A DNA stretch of 35,889 bases. Origin: Desulfovibrio sp. Lineage in GTDB: Bacteria; Desulfobacterota; Desulfovibrionia; Desulfovibrionales; Desulfovibrionaceae. Below, piece after piece: positions 1 to 9,387 of this stretch. The DNA lies in contig VSMX01000001.1 of assembly GCA_009773975.1 (NCBI GenBank), positions 1 through 35,889 of the forward strand. The letters are read 5' to 3'. Within the stretch, counting starts at the first letter, position 1, and the number at the start of each line of letters is the position of its first letter. The translations under genes and the position numbers were made by a program. Under the pieces are notes generated by a model. That model was not told where the DNA came from, did no database searches, and was given only the letters and a program-made list of their open reading frames with translations.

Positions 1-70
1 GTTCCTTGCGCACCGGGAATATTGCCGCGTTGGAGCGTCCGGGAGCAAGAAACAGGAAACGGCTTGCCAT
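1..70 (-). CDS. Possible 5' end of a gene running off the window (MASRFLFLAPGRSNAAIFPVRKE...)
   Basis: ATG at 70 on minus strand after a purine-rich stretch; frame stays open to the window edge; divergent from the next gene. Confidence 0.3.
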   Translation of the reverse strand, partial: MASRFLFLAPGRSNAAIFPVRKE

Positions 71-217
71 GGCCTTTATTTATCCTGTCCTGCCCCGTAT
101 TGCAAGAAAGGGATGGCAACTTTACGAAAAAACAAAAACAGGATAAAAAATTTTTTGTCCGGGCTTGAAAATGCGCGAAAGCCCCCACTAATCAATGGTT
201 CCAGGCTGGTTGTGATT

Positions 218-1237
218 ATGAAGCAGGTTCGAGGCATACTTGGCGCGCCTTTTTTTCTGACTCTTCTGGCGGCTGCGTTTTGCATCTGGGTTGCCCTGGG
301 CAATGACGTGAATTTTTGTGCGACCACAGGCTGCACGCTTTACGAGGATTTTTCATTTTTCGGGATTTCCCTGTGGTGGATAGGGGCCGGCGCCTTTGGC
401 GTCCTTGCGCTGGCCGCGCTTTTTGGCCTGGCCCGGCCCGGCGCCTGGCTGGCGGCCCTGATGGTGCTTGCCGATTGCGGCTTTTTGCTGCTCATGGCCC
501 TGACCGCGCCCTGCGTGAGCTGCCTTGCGGCCGCGGCCTTTTTTGCCGGCGCTTATTTGCTTTTCAGGCGCGGCGCGAGGGAACGCAGCCACCAGAAAGG
601 CGTTGCCGGAAAACGCCATTCCGTTCTGCTCTGGGTCTGGCTTGCGCTGTTTGTGGTCAACCTGGGCGCCGTGGCCAGGTCGCAGCTTGATGTCTGGCCA
701 ATCCTGGATGAAGGCGGCGACGCCAAGACAAGAATGTTCTTTTCACCCGCCTGCCCCCATTGCGTGGAAGGCATCAACGCGCTTTCCGGCAGGCTGGGCG
801 TGGCCTTCTACCCTGTTGCCGACAACGACAGCGACATTTACCGCATAGCCAGGATGAAAGAACTGCTTGGCGAAGGCATGAGCATGGCCGAAGCCCTGGC
901 CCAGTCGGCGGAATATGAAATCCCGGCATTAATTGGCCAGTTCTCGCCAAGCCTGCTAATTCTGCGGCTGCATCTTTTGCGCAACAAGGCCCACATTTTC
1001 GCCTCAAATTCACGGGGCGTGCCGTTTTTTGAGGAACGGGGCCTGCCTGCCGGCCTGAAAACCAGGATAAACGCCCGCGAGCGCAAAACCAGCATCCTGG
1101 ACATTCCAAAACAGGATGCGCCAATAAACCGCGATCCAACCTTGCCGATTGACGACGGCACAGGCCAGTGCGCCCCCGGCGCTCCATGCCCCCAGGGGCC
1201 TCAGGCCACAAGGGAGGCCGACTACCACCGCTTCTGA
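218..1237 (+). CDS. VKOR-like membrane protein fused to a thioredoxin-fold domain
   Basis: About 5 hydrophobic helices with loop cysteines CATTGC and a CVSC motif, then FFSPACPHC and GVPFF (cis-Pro-like). Start ATG 218 preferred over ORF start 113. Confidence 0.65.
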   Translation: MKQVRGILGAPFFLTLLAAAFCIWVALGNDVNFCATTGCTLYEDFSFFGISLWWIGAGAFGVLALAALFGLARPGAWLAALMVLADCGFLLLMALTAPCVSCLAAAAFFAGAYLLFRRGARERSHQKGVAGKRHSVLLWVWLALFVVNLGAVARSQLDVWPILDEGGDAKTRMFFSPACPHCVEGINALSGRLGVAFYPVADNDSDIYRIARMKELLGEGMSMAEALAQSAEYEIPALIGQFSPSLLILRLHLLRNKAHIFASNSRGVPFFEERGLPAGLKTRINARERKTSILDIPKQDAPINRDPTLPIDDGTGQCAPGAPCPQGPQATREADYHRF

Positions 1238-1273
1238 CGCGCTTGCGTATCTGGAAAAATAATGCCCCGGGGA

Positions 1274-2125
1274 TTACGCTTTTTCCCTGTAAAAGTTGTT
1301 GAGCCACTGGCTTATTTCATTGAGGGCCGCGTTCTGGCGTATTTGGCTGTCCTGGCTGTTCCTGCTGAGCAGAAAACTCAGGCGCAAGGTAAACCTGCGC
1401 TGTTCGATGCTGTAATTCGAGCCGACGCAGCCGCAGATAATATAGGTGTCCAGCACCTCGCCCGGAACAATATTCAGCCCCAGGCGCAGAAGAAAGGTTT
1501 TTTGATCAACATTGGCCAGTTCCTCGAGGTAATCGGTTTTTTCAATGATCACCCGGGCGCCCCCGGCCGAAATATTAACTATCCGCAGGGATGAGGGCAT
1601 CCCCGGGTTGCAGGTGAAATCCGGGTCCCTGGCGACAAACTGGCCGCCCTGGACTCCATCCATGATCCAGAGCGCGGCATCCGCAAGCATGCCCGAAAAA
1701 ACGCGATAGCGCTCGTGGCTTCTCAGTTCGCGCCTGATATAGGAGCGCGGCATGGCAATCGCCACCTTGCGCGTCACGTCCTCCTCATCCGGAAAACACT
1801 CGGCAATGCTGCTTTTGCATAAAAAGCCGTTCTGTTTTGGATCCCTGACAAAATGCAGCTTTTCCATGGCGGCCGGCGGCAGCTTAAGATAGATATAGCA
1901 CTTTTCCTGATTGAAGACAGAAGCCGCCTGCGAATCATCCAGCTTGAGCATCACCCTGTTTTTGCGGATTGAGCTTACATGGCAGTTCAGGTTGCGCAAA
2001 ACGCGATTCCTGTCCACATAGCTGAGATTTACAGGACAGCCCAGACGGCCTGCCGCCACAAGCACTTCTTCAACAGAAGCATCCCCATGGCGGAACACTT
2101 TGCGGATACGTTCTCTCAATGACAT
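1274..2125 (-). CDS. PilZ-domain (c-di-GMP-binding) protein
   Basis: RxxxR (RSHER) and (D/N)xSxxG (NISAGG) motifs after an N-terminal beta-rich domain. Confidence 0.7.
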   Translation of the reverse strand: MSLRERIRKVFRHGDASVEEVLVAAGRLGCPVNLSYVDRNRVLRNLNCHVSSIRKNRVMLKLDDSQAASVFNQEKCYIYLKLPPAAMEKLHFVRDPKQNGFLCKSSIAECFPDEEDVTRKVAIAMPRSYIRRELRSHERYRVFSGMLADAALWIMDGVQGGQFVARDPDFTCNPGMPSSLRIVNISAGGARVIIEKTDYLEELANVDQKTFLLRLGLNIVPGEVLDTYIICGCVGSNYSIEQRRFTLRLSFLLSRNSQDSQIRQNAALNEISQWLNNFYREKA

Positions 2126-2152
2126 GCCGGGGAACCCTTTATGACAGGATTT

Positions 2153-3277
2153 TCAATTGTTCTCGTATTCACGCAGGTTAAGCGAGCCCATAAGGCAAAG
2201 AAGCTCGTAGGGAACAGTATCCAGCTTCATGGCCAGTTCCCAGGCATCGACCGGGGAAGTTTCCGCAGCGGCAGGCCCGCCCAGCGGCCAGGCAAGCTCG
2301 CCGGGGGCGGCATCCGGCATGGAGCTGACATCAAGCATGCACATGCTCATGCAAATGCGGCCAATCTGCGGCACACGCCGGCCGCGCACCAGCATGTCGC
2401 AGCGGCCGGAAAGGCCACGCGCCAGGCCCTGGCTGTAGCCGCAGGAAACCACAGCCACATCCATGTCCCGCAGCGCCCTGAAAATACGCCCGTATGAGAC
2501 GCTCTGGCCCTTTGCCAGACGTTTTACCTGCAGGATCGGGGTGGAAATCGACATGGCCCATTCCAGGCCCGCGCCCGCGTTTTCGCGGGAAGTGCCAAAA
2601 AACGGGTTGCCGCCATAAATCGCCAGCCCGGGGCGCAGCACATCATAAGCCGCATCCGGCAGCCCAAGGGCCGCCGCCGAATTGCCAAGCGAGCGCCCGA
2701 TGGCGGGAAATATCTGCGCGAGGGCCCTTGCGAAATCCTCAAACGCCGCCATCTGGCCAGCCGCATATTCCGCGTCTTCCGGCATATCGGAACTTGCAAA
2801 ATGCGAGACAGCCATTACAGGCTTCAAATTTGACGAATTGCGGATTTTCTCGGCAATGGCCGGAATGTCGTCCTTTCCAAAACCGAGACGCCCCATACCG
2901 CTGTCGCACTTGATGGCTATTTCAAGATTATGGGGACAGGCCGCGCCCATTTCCAGGTTTTTGAAATCATTGACCAGGGGCAAAAGCCCGTAAAGCGCGG
3001 CCGTTTCCCAGTCATCTGGCGTGCGGCAGCCTGTCAGAAGCAGAAGCCGCTGGCCAAAACCGGCGTTGCGCAGCTCCTCGCCCTCGCTCGCGCCGCCAAT
3101 GGCAAAGCTGCGCGCGCCCGCCTCATCGAGAATACCCGCGACTGGTAAAAGCCCGTGGCCGTATGCATCTGACTTGATGACCGGCATGAGGGCGCCTGGC
3201 GCGCCCAAACGCTGAAAATTGCGCTTGATGGCGGCGAGGTTGACATGGCAGCGGGTGGGGGAAAAAGAAACAGGCAT
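2153..3277 (-). CDS. alr: Alanine racemase
   Basis: VIKSDAYGHG PLP-lysine motif, DSGMGRLG, RPGLAIYG, GRICM, TVPYE; GGAG upstream of ATG 3277. Confidence 0.95.
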   Translation of the reverse strand: MPVSFSPTRCHVNLAAIKRNFQRLGAPGALMPVIKSDAYGHGLLPVAGILDEAGARSFAIGGASEGEELRNAGFGQRLLLLTGCRTPDDWETAALYGLLPLVNDFKNLEMGAACPHNLEIAIKCDSGMGRLGFGKDDIPAIAEKIRNSSNLKPVMAVSHFASSDMPEDAEYAAGQMAAFEDFARALAQIFPAIGRSLGNSAAALGLPDAAYDVLRPGLAIYGGNPFFGTSRENAGAGLEWAMSISTPILQVKRLAKGQSVSYGRIFRALRDMDVAVVSCGYSQGLARGLSGRCDMLVRGRRVPQIGRICMSMCMLDVSSMPDAAPGELAWPLGGPAAAETSPVDAWELAMKLDTVPYELLCLMGSLNLREYENN

Positions 3278-3351
3278 AGGGACTCCGAAGTGCGTGGCGT
3301 GGTTTTCAGTATATGAACAGGATGCCGGACAGGCAGGCACCAGAAAGTTTG

Positions 3352-3813
3352 CTACTTGAGTTTGCAGTTGCCGTCCATGCATTCGCTTGTGGGCAGAACG
3401 GGCGTGGCCTGGAAAAGCGCGACCTGTTCGGTGCCGCGGTTGTTGGCCAGCACCAGGGTATAGCGCATAAGGCCCTGGGGGGTCTTTCTTTCAAATTTGC
3501 CATCGAAAATGCCGTTTCCGGTCAGGATTGTGGTTTCGCCAAGGCTTGTTTCGCGAACGTTGCGCAGGGCCATATGCTCGACCACGAATTTCTTGTCCCT
3601 TACTTCCTGGATAAAGTGTTCCTTGTCGCGGATATGGCCGTTTGAGCCAATGTACCAGAAGTTTGGCGCGAGGAGCTTTTCCAGGGCGTCCGCGTCGCCT
3701 GTCATCAGGGCATGGGTGTACAATTCCGCCGTGCTGGCCTTGCCAAAAGCCGCGCCGCCGGCAAGCAGGCAAAGAAGGACGGCAGCCAGAGAAATAATCT
3801 GCAACTTTTTCAT
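3352..3813 (-). CDS. Exported NTF2-like/DUF4440 family protein
   Basis: Signal peptide MKKLQIISLAAVLLCLLAGGAAFG; GDADALEKLLAPNF..IGSNG..RDK pattern; purine-rich RBS before ATG 3813. Confidence 0.75.
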   Translation of the reverse strand: MKKLQIISLAAVLLCLLAGGAAFGKASTAELYTHALMTGDADALEKLLAPNFWYIGSNGHIRDKEHFIQEVRDKKFVVEHMALRNVRETSLGETTILTGNGIFDGKFERKTPQGLMRYTLVLANNRGTEQVALFQATPVLPTSECMDGNCKLK

Positions 3814-3965
3814 GATATTCCCTTTTTCCAGATCTTGCTTTAAGGTGTTACCGAAAAGGCGGCGCCCCGATATTCGGCCGGCCGCCCGCGCCATTTTATG
3901 CGCGCGCAGATTAAAAGGCAAATGCCGCATCTGATGGAAACACAGCCGCAAACCGAGGTTTTCCA

Positions 3966-4871
3966 ATGCAATCATCCGTCCTGCAATCCATAGGCAAAAC
4001 TCCGATTTTGAAACTCAAGCTTTCAAAGGATCTGCCCGGCACTGTCTGGCTCAAGCTCGAGAACCAGAATCCCGGCGGCTCCATCAAGGATCGCGTTGCC
4101 TTTCATTGCCTGGAGAGGGCCGTAAAACGCGGGGAGCTCAGGGACAGGATGGTGGCCGCGACAAGCGGCAATCTGGGCATTGGCTGCGCCCTTGTCTGCG
4201 CGGCCTGGGGGCTTGAATGCTTTTTGACCATGCCCGAATCCATGAGCATGGAAAGACGGGCGCTGCTTGCCGGCTATGGGGCGCGCCTTGTGCTGACCCC
4301 GGCAGAGGAGGGAATGGCGGGAGCGGTTGGGCGAGCGGCCGAAATGGCCGAAAAGGAAGGGGCCTGGCTTTTTGACCAGTTTTCCAGCCCGAATGCCGTT
4401 GAAGCCCATTATTATACCACGGGGCGCGAGATCAATCACGACAGTTCCGGCAACATGAACGTGCTTGTGGCCGGGGTTGGTTCCGGCTCGTCCATCACCG
4501 GGGCCGGGCTTTACCTCAAGGAAGTCATCCGGGATTTCAGGGTCATTGCCGTGGAGCCTGCAGAATCGCCCGTCCTTTCGGGCGGCAGGCCGGGGCCGCA
4601 CAAAATCCAGGGCATTGGCGCGGGATTTGTGCCCAAAGTGCTCAATACCGAGATCCTGGACGAGATCCTGACGGTAAAAGGCGATGATGCCATCGACATG
4701 GCCCGCAAGGTCATGAAGCACGAGGGCGTGTGCTGCGGCATATCCAGCGGGGCCAATGTCTTCGCCGCGCTTTCCGTGGCCGGGCGCCCGGAGATGGCCG
4801 GCATGAATATCATTACCTTTGCCTGCGACACGGGCGAGAGGTATCTTTCCACGCCATTGTTTGCCCAATGA
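3966..4871 (+). CDS. cysK: Cysteine synthase A (O-acetylserine sulfhydrylase)
   Basis: KLENQNPGGSIKDR, TSGNLG, GVGSG, PHKIQGIGAGF, DTGERYLST. Confidence 0.95.
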   Translation: MQSSVLQSIGKTPILKLKLSKDLPGTVWLKLENQNPGGSIKDRVAFHCLERAVKRGELRDRMVAATSGNLGIGCALVCAAWGLECFLTMPESMSMERRALLAGYGARLVLTPAEEGMAGAVGRAAEMAEKEGAWLFDQFSSPNAVEAHYYTTGREINHDSSGNMNVLVAGVGSGSSITGAGLYLKEVIRDFRVIAVEPAESPVLSGGRPGPHKIQGIGAGFVPKVLNTEILDEILTVKGDDAIDMARKVMKHEGVCCGISSGANVFAALSVAGRPEMAGMNIITFACDTGERYLSTPLFAQ

Positions 4872-5010
4872 CGTTTCCTGCCTCGCGCAGGCAGAGTCCC
4901 CCGCATTCCGCCAGACGGCCGGCAGCCATTGGAGGATGGGCTTCCCGAATAGCGGCCGTCAGGTCAACCATCTCCTCATGCCTTGTTGTCCGTATTTCCA
5001 GATTGCGCAT
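4872..5010 (-). pseudogene. yjbQ: 5' remnant of a YjbQ/UPF0047-family gene
   Basis: GGAG RBS plus ATG 5010 gives MRNLEIRTTRHEEMVDLTAAIREA, a YjbQ-like N-terminus; similarity decays before the HTT motif and runs into the convergent cysK end. Confidence 0.55.
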
Positions 5011-5078
5011 ATTTTCTCCCGCAGGGGCAAAAAAAGAATTAAAAACCTCGCCCCCAAACCCCGGCATGATGAAAACCG

Positions 5079-6050
5079 CTATTTTTCCCTTGCCCCCACA
5101 TAATCCGCCATCAGCAGGAGGATCTTTCTTTCCGGGCGGTCGGGCAGGCGGCCGGCCGCGTCGCGGGCTTTTTGCAGGTATTCGCCCGCGATTTGCCTGG
5201 CGGCATGGTCAAAGCCCTTTTCCCTTATGCTTTTGGCAATTTCCCCTGCCATTTGCTCGTCAATGGTTCCGTTTGCAAAGGCGCGGTCAAAAGCTTCCCT
5301 TTCGGCATGGCCAAGGCTTTGGCGATAAAGGCGCAGGGGGGGCGTCAATTTGCCTTCCCTGGCGTCGCCTCCCGTGGGCTTGCCTGTCTGCTCCCCTGGC
5401 GCGAAGTCCAGGGCATCGTCAACAATCTGGAAAGCCAGGCCGAGATTCAGGCCAAAATCGTAGGCGGCCCGAACCTCGCCGGGAGAGGCATTGGCCCGCA
5501 AGGCGCCAAGGCGGCAGGATTCGCCAAGCAGGCAGGCCGTCTTGCCATGGGCGATTTGCAGGTATTCAGCTTCTGAAAGGTCAACCCGGCGCATACAGGA
5601 AATTTCCAGGATTTCCCCCGCGGCGGTGCGGCTTGTGGCTTCTGAAAAGCATTGCGAGAGAGCCGGATTGCCGAATTGGGCCACGATGGCATTGGCGCGG
5701 GCCAGCAGAGCATCCCCTGCCAGAATGACGGAAGCGGCATTGAAAACAGTGTGGGCCGCGGGCTGGCCGCGCCGGCTGACGGCATTGTCCAGCACATCGT
5801 CATGCAGCAGCGTGGCTGCGTGCAGCATTTCCATGGTGACGGCCAGGCCGTAAATGTCGTCCCTGTCATGGCCCAGAAGACGCGCCGTGCAGATTGTCAG
5901 AAACGGGCGCAGGCGCTTGCCGCCGGCATTGAGGATATGCCTGACTATTGGCAGGACAGGAGCCGGCAGAGCCTCGCAGGCATCGTCCAGGGCCTTGTTG
6001 ATGGGCGCGAGTTCCGCGGCCAGGCGTGTCTTTAGAATTAATGCTGCCAT
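5079..6050 (-). CDS. Long-chain trans-polyprenyl diphosphate synthase (IspB/HepT-like)
   Basis: GGKRLRP, LLHDDVLD..SRRG, GKTA, FQIVDDALD, GKPTGGDAREGK. Confidence 0.92.
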   Translation of the reverse strand: MAALILKTRLAAELAPINKALDDACEALPAPVLPIVRHILNAGGKRLRPFLTICTARLLGHDRDDIYGLAVTMEMLHAATLLHDDVLDNAVSRRGQPAAHTVFNAASVILAGDALLARANAIVAQFGNPALSQCFSEATSRTAAGEILEISCMRRVDLSEAEYLQIAHGKTACLLGESCRLGALRANASPGEVRAAYDFGLNLGLAFQIVDDALDFAPGEQTGKPTGGDAREGKLTPPLRLYRQSLGHAEREAFDRAFANGTIDEQMAGEIAKSIREKGFDHAARQIAGEYLQKARDAAGRLPDRPERKILLLMADYVGAREK

Positions 6051-6056
6051 GTTTTT

Positions 6057-6794
6057 TCAGATCAGGTTCAATTGCGGCAAAATTATCCCAAGGCTTTTCA
6101 GGGCGCCGGAAAAATCCTTTTCATCTCTGGAACGCGGCCCGATTTTATTGGATACCGAACGTATTTCCACGCAGGGCGCTCCGGCGCGCAAGCAGGCAAA
6201 GGCCACGGAAAAGCCTTCCATGTTTTCAAGGTCGGCATGATAAAGGCTTTCCAGCTGCCTGGCCCTTGCAAAGCTGGCCGTAACCCCGGCCACGCTCAGG
6301 GATTTGCAGGGCGGAAATTCCTCTTCCATTTTCTGCAGCCATCTGGAATCGGAATTCAGGGACGAGAGGTCAGCCAGTTCGACGCGATCGTAAACGGCCT
6401 CGTTTTCGGATCTTTTCCATTGCGGGTAATGAAAGGCCCTGGCCACCACGTTTGCGCCGTCGTTGAGGCCGTATTCCGGCCAGATTTCCTCCCTGACCAG
6501 ATATAATTTGCGCAGGGGGCGTTTTTCAAGATCAAACGCGCCTGCCAGGCCGGCCAAAAGACAAAGCTCGACCTTCCAGGGATGGCCAAAAACCTCGCTG
6601 GAACTGGTAAGGCCAAAGCAGTAACCGGTGGCCATGGCGGCATTCGCCGGCCCTATTCCAGTCGCGTAAAACAGAACGTCCCTGCCCTTGAGATTGGCGG
6701 GATAGGGGCGCATCTCCCGAATATCGCCAGGTAAAATTCCCGGCGCCAGGGCCAGGAGCTCTTCCGGCGTAGGCGCAAGAATCAAAAGAGCCAA
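6057..6794 (-). CDS. mqnB: Futalosine hydrolase
   Basis: PNP/MTAN fold motifs TGIGPANAA, LAGLAGAF, ENMEG, EIRSVSNKIGPR; menaquinone-gene context; TTG start with GGAGG upstream. Confidence 0.8.
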   Translation of the reverse strand: MALLILAPTPEELLALAPGILPGDIREMRPYPANLKGRDVLFYATGIGPANAAMATGYCFGLTSSSEVFGHPWKVELCLLAGLAGAFDLEKRPLRKLYLVREEIWPEYGLNDGANVVARAFHYPQWKRSENEAVYDRVELADLSSLNSDSRWLQKMEEEFPPCKSLSVAGVTASFARARQLESLYHADLENMEGFSVAFACLRAGAPCVEIRSVSNKIGPRSRDEKDFSGALKSLGIILPQLNLI

Positions 6795-6797
6795 GCC

Positions 6798-8111
6798 TTA
6801 CAGCCTCCAATAGGATATGCCCGCATCGCGCATGGCATCCCTGTCGAAAAAACCCTTGACGTCAACGACGACGCCTTTTGCCGGATCCGCGAAAAAGCCC
6901 CTGATTTTTTCAGGATCAAGCGCGGAATATGCCTTGTGCCCGACGGCCAGCACAAGGGCGTCCAGATCGCGCAGGGCATCCAGCGGCAAAAGCTTCTGGC
7001 CGTATTCGGCTTCCGCTTCCGCGGCGTCGGCTTCCGCGTCGTGCACCAGCACTTCGCAGCCGTAGTCCTCAAGCTCGCGAATCACGTCAACAACGCGGCT
7101 ATTGCGCAAATCCGGCACATTTTCCTTGAAAGTAAAGCCGAGAATGCCCACGCGCGCGCCATTTACGCGGCTGTCCTGGCGGATGAGCCGCTTTACCGCG
7201 CATTCGGCCACATATTTGCCCATATTGTCATTCACCTGCCGCCCGGCAAGAATGACCTGGGGGTGAAAGCCAAGTTCCTCGGCCTTGAACGTAAGGTAGT
7301 AGGGATCGACCCCGATGCAATGGCCGCCCACAAGACCGGGCCTGAAATGCAGGAAGTTCCATTTGCTGCCGGCCGCCTCCAGAACGTCCAGCGTGTCTAT
7401 GCCCATTTTCTCGAAGATGATGGCCAGTTCGTTCATCAGGGCGATATTCAGGTCCCGCTGGGTGTTTTCTATGACCTTGGCCGCTTCCGCCACGCGGATT
7501 GCGGGCGCGCGGTGCACGCCGGCCTGGACAATCGAACCATAAATACCGGCCAGAAGATCCAGGGTGGCAGCATCCGAGCCGGAAACAATCTTGACCACGG
7601 TTTTCAGGGTATGCACCCTGTCGCCGGGATTGATTCTTTCCGGCGAATAGCCCACGGTGAAATCGCTGCCGAATTTCAGGCAGGATTCCCTTTCAAGAAT
7701 GGGCACGCAAATTTCTTCCGTCAGGCCGGGATAGACCGTCGATTCATAGACAACCACGCAGCCTTTGGACATATTGGCGCCCACGAGGCGGCTCGCCGAA
7801 ATAACAGGCGTGAGGTCGGGCGTGCGGTGGGCGTCTATGGGCGTGGGCACGGCGATAATGATTACAGCCGCCTGCGCAAGCCTGGCAGGATCATCGGTAT
7901 AGTCGATTTTCGCGCCGGCAAGTTCTTCCGGCAGGGTTTCCCTGGTGTGATCCTCGCCGCGAACAAGCTCTGCAATGCGTTTCGGGTTCACATCAAAACC
8001 GGTCACGTCCATGTGCGCGGAAAGGGCCACGGCCAGCGGCAGCCCGACATAACCGAGACCGACGACGGCTATCGGGCGTTTCCTTTCCAGAAGGTCTTCA
8101 AATTTAACCAT
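6798..8111 (-). CDS. Nucleotide-sugar dehydrogenase (UDP-GlcNAc/GalNAc 6-dehydrogenase, WbpO/TviB/CapL-like)
   Basis: GLGYVG, YESTVYPG, YSPERINPG, AKVIENTQRD, VGGHCIGVDPYYL, FKENVPDLRNS. Confidence 0.92.
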   Translation of the reverse strand: MVKFEDLLERKRPIAVVGLGYVGLPLAVALSAHMDVTGFDVNPKRIAELVRGEDHTRETLPEELAGAKIDYTDDPARLAQAAVIIIAVPTPIDAHRTPDLTPVISASRLVGANMSKGCVVVYESTVYPGLTEEICVPILERESCLKFGSDFTVGYSPERINPGDRVHTLKTVVKIVSGSDAATLDLLAGIYGSIVQAGVHRAPAIRVAEAAKVIENTQRDLNIALMNELAIIFEKMGIDTLDVLEAAGSKWNFLHFRPGLVGGHCIGVDPYYLTFKAEELGFHPQVILAGRQVNDNMGKYVAECAVKRLIRQDSRVNGARVGILGFTFKENVPDLRNSRVVDVIRELEDYGCEVLVHDAEADAAEAEAEYGQKLLPLDALRDLDALVLAVGHKAYSALDPEKIRGFFADPAKGVVVDVKGFFDRDAMRDAGISYWRL

Positions 8112-8183
8112 GATTTTGCAGCCATTTAAATTTTTTGTTTTTCTTTTGCTTTACAAAAAAGCTCTTTTGCGTCAACCAGAGGC

Positions 8184-8378
8184 ATGCAGGAAAATCTTGA
8201 ACTGTTTTTTCGCGCCCTGGCGCTCGCCATCGCGCTGGAAAGCTTTTGCTGGGCCCTTTTTCCCTCTTTGATGCGCAAAATAATCTCCCAGCTGCTCGAG
8301 GAACCGGATTCCACCCTGAGAATAGCGGGCAGCACAGGCCTTGTCCTGGCGGCGCTGATCGCATTTTTTGTCAGCTGA
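8184..8378 (+). CDS. DUF2065 (YjeT-like) small membrane protein
   Basis: 64 aa, two TM helices, ALALAIALE..FP and LRIAG pattern; GAGG RBS. Confidence 0.7.
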   Translation: MQENLELFFRALALAIALESFCWALFPSLMRKIISQLLEEPDSTLRIAGSTGLVLAALIAFFVS

Positions 8379-8497
8379 AAGAGTTCGGGATGCGCGGGAC
8401 TCCGCCCATGACCCTCAATTCGCGCGCAAGCTCCCTTGCGGCTGAGAGGCCGGACAAGGCCGCCCCCCGCGCAGGGCATGTGATGCGGGCGCAAGAT

Positions 8498-8519
8498 GCA
8501 AAGCCCCGAGGGGCTTTGC
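8498..8519. terminator. Hairpin between convergent DUF2065 and ubiE genes
   Basis: GCAAAGCCCC-GA-GGGGCTTTGC perfect inverted repeat. Confidence 0.55.
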
Positions 8520-8526
8520 CGCCAAT

Positions 8527-9387
8527 TCATGCGCCTGCAAGGCTTTTTTCCGGCTTTTCGCCCACATGCAGGCAAACAATGCCGCAGGTAAGGCGGCGCC
8601 AGGCTACATTGGCAAAGCCCGCGGCGCGCATTTCTGCGGCAAGGTCCCCGGCCGGGGGAAAATTGTCTATTGTTTGCGCAAGATAGGCGTATGCTGTCTT
8701 GTCCCTGGCAAAAGCGCGCCCCACGACGGGAAGAATATTGTTGAGATAGAAATTGTAAAGGCCTCCCATTATTTTTTCCCGCCCGGAACCGAATTCCAGA
8801 ATACAGGCCCGTCCGCCCGGCGCGAGAACGCGCAGCATCTCCGCAAAAGCTTCCGCTCTTGGGCTGATATTGCGTATGCCAAAGGCCATGGTAACGCTGT
8901 CCACGCAGTTATCGGGCAGGGGCAGGCGCTTGGCGTCCGCCGTCACGGGAATGATGCGCGAGGCCAGATTGCCGGAAAGCTTTTTCGCGCCTTGCTCAAG
9001 CATGGGCTGGCAAAAATCCATGGCCGGAATCATGACCTGGGGCTGTGCCCTGGCAATGGCCAGAGCCACATCCAGCGTGCCCGCCGCCAGGTCAAGAATC
9101 CTGCCATTTGGGCCGCTTTTTATGCTTGCGGCCAAAACCTTGCGCCATTTGCGGTCAATGCCGAAGCTGAGAAAATGATTGAGGAAATCGTAAAAGCGGA
9201 CAATGCGCCCAAACATGCCCCGCACGGCTTCGTCATGCCCCAAATTCGCGGCAGGATCCCCGGCTTCTACGATATTGGCGGGTTTTTCCGCCCCCGCCGG
9301 GGATTTTTCAGCCTGGTGGCTGACGCGGCCAGTGCCTTTTGGGTGCGGCGCGCCGCCTGACTTTTTTTCGGAATATGGCCCGCTCAA
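8527..9387 (-). CDS. ubiE: Ubiquinone/menaquinone C-methyltransferase
   Basis: VRGMFGRIVRFYDFLNHFLSFGIDRKWR, LDLAAGTLD, AFGIRN, AYAYLAQTI..FP; start codon uncertain. Confidence 0.9.
   Translation of the reverse strand: MSGPYSEKKSGGAPHPKGTGRVSHQAEKSPAGAEKPANIVEAGDPAANLGHDEAVRGMFGRIVRFYDFLNHFLSFGIDRKWRKVLAASIKSGPNGRILDLAAGTLDVALAIARAQPQVMIPAMDFCQPMLEQGAKKLSGNLASRIIPVTADAKRLPLPDNCVDSVTMAFGIRNISPRAEAFAEMLRVLAPGGRACILEFGSGREKIMGGLYNFYLNNILPVVGRAFARDKTAYAYLAQTIDNFPPAGDLAAEMRAAGFANVAWRRLTCGIVCLHVGEKPEKSLAGA

Noticed and set aside
113..217. N-terminal extensions in the ORF track (also alr, DUF4440, pyrC, ribD, ribE, ribH, cupin)
   Set aside because: Downstream ATGs fit the RBS position and/or the family N-terminus better
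6936..8129. Long antisense ORFs (e.g. 397 aa here; also 12768-14078, 21131-22303, 10833-11840)
   Set aside because: Shadows of well-supported opposite-strand genes; expected from GC-rich codon bias
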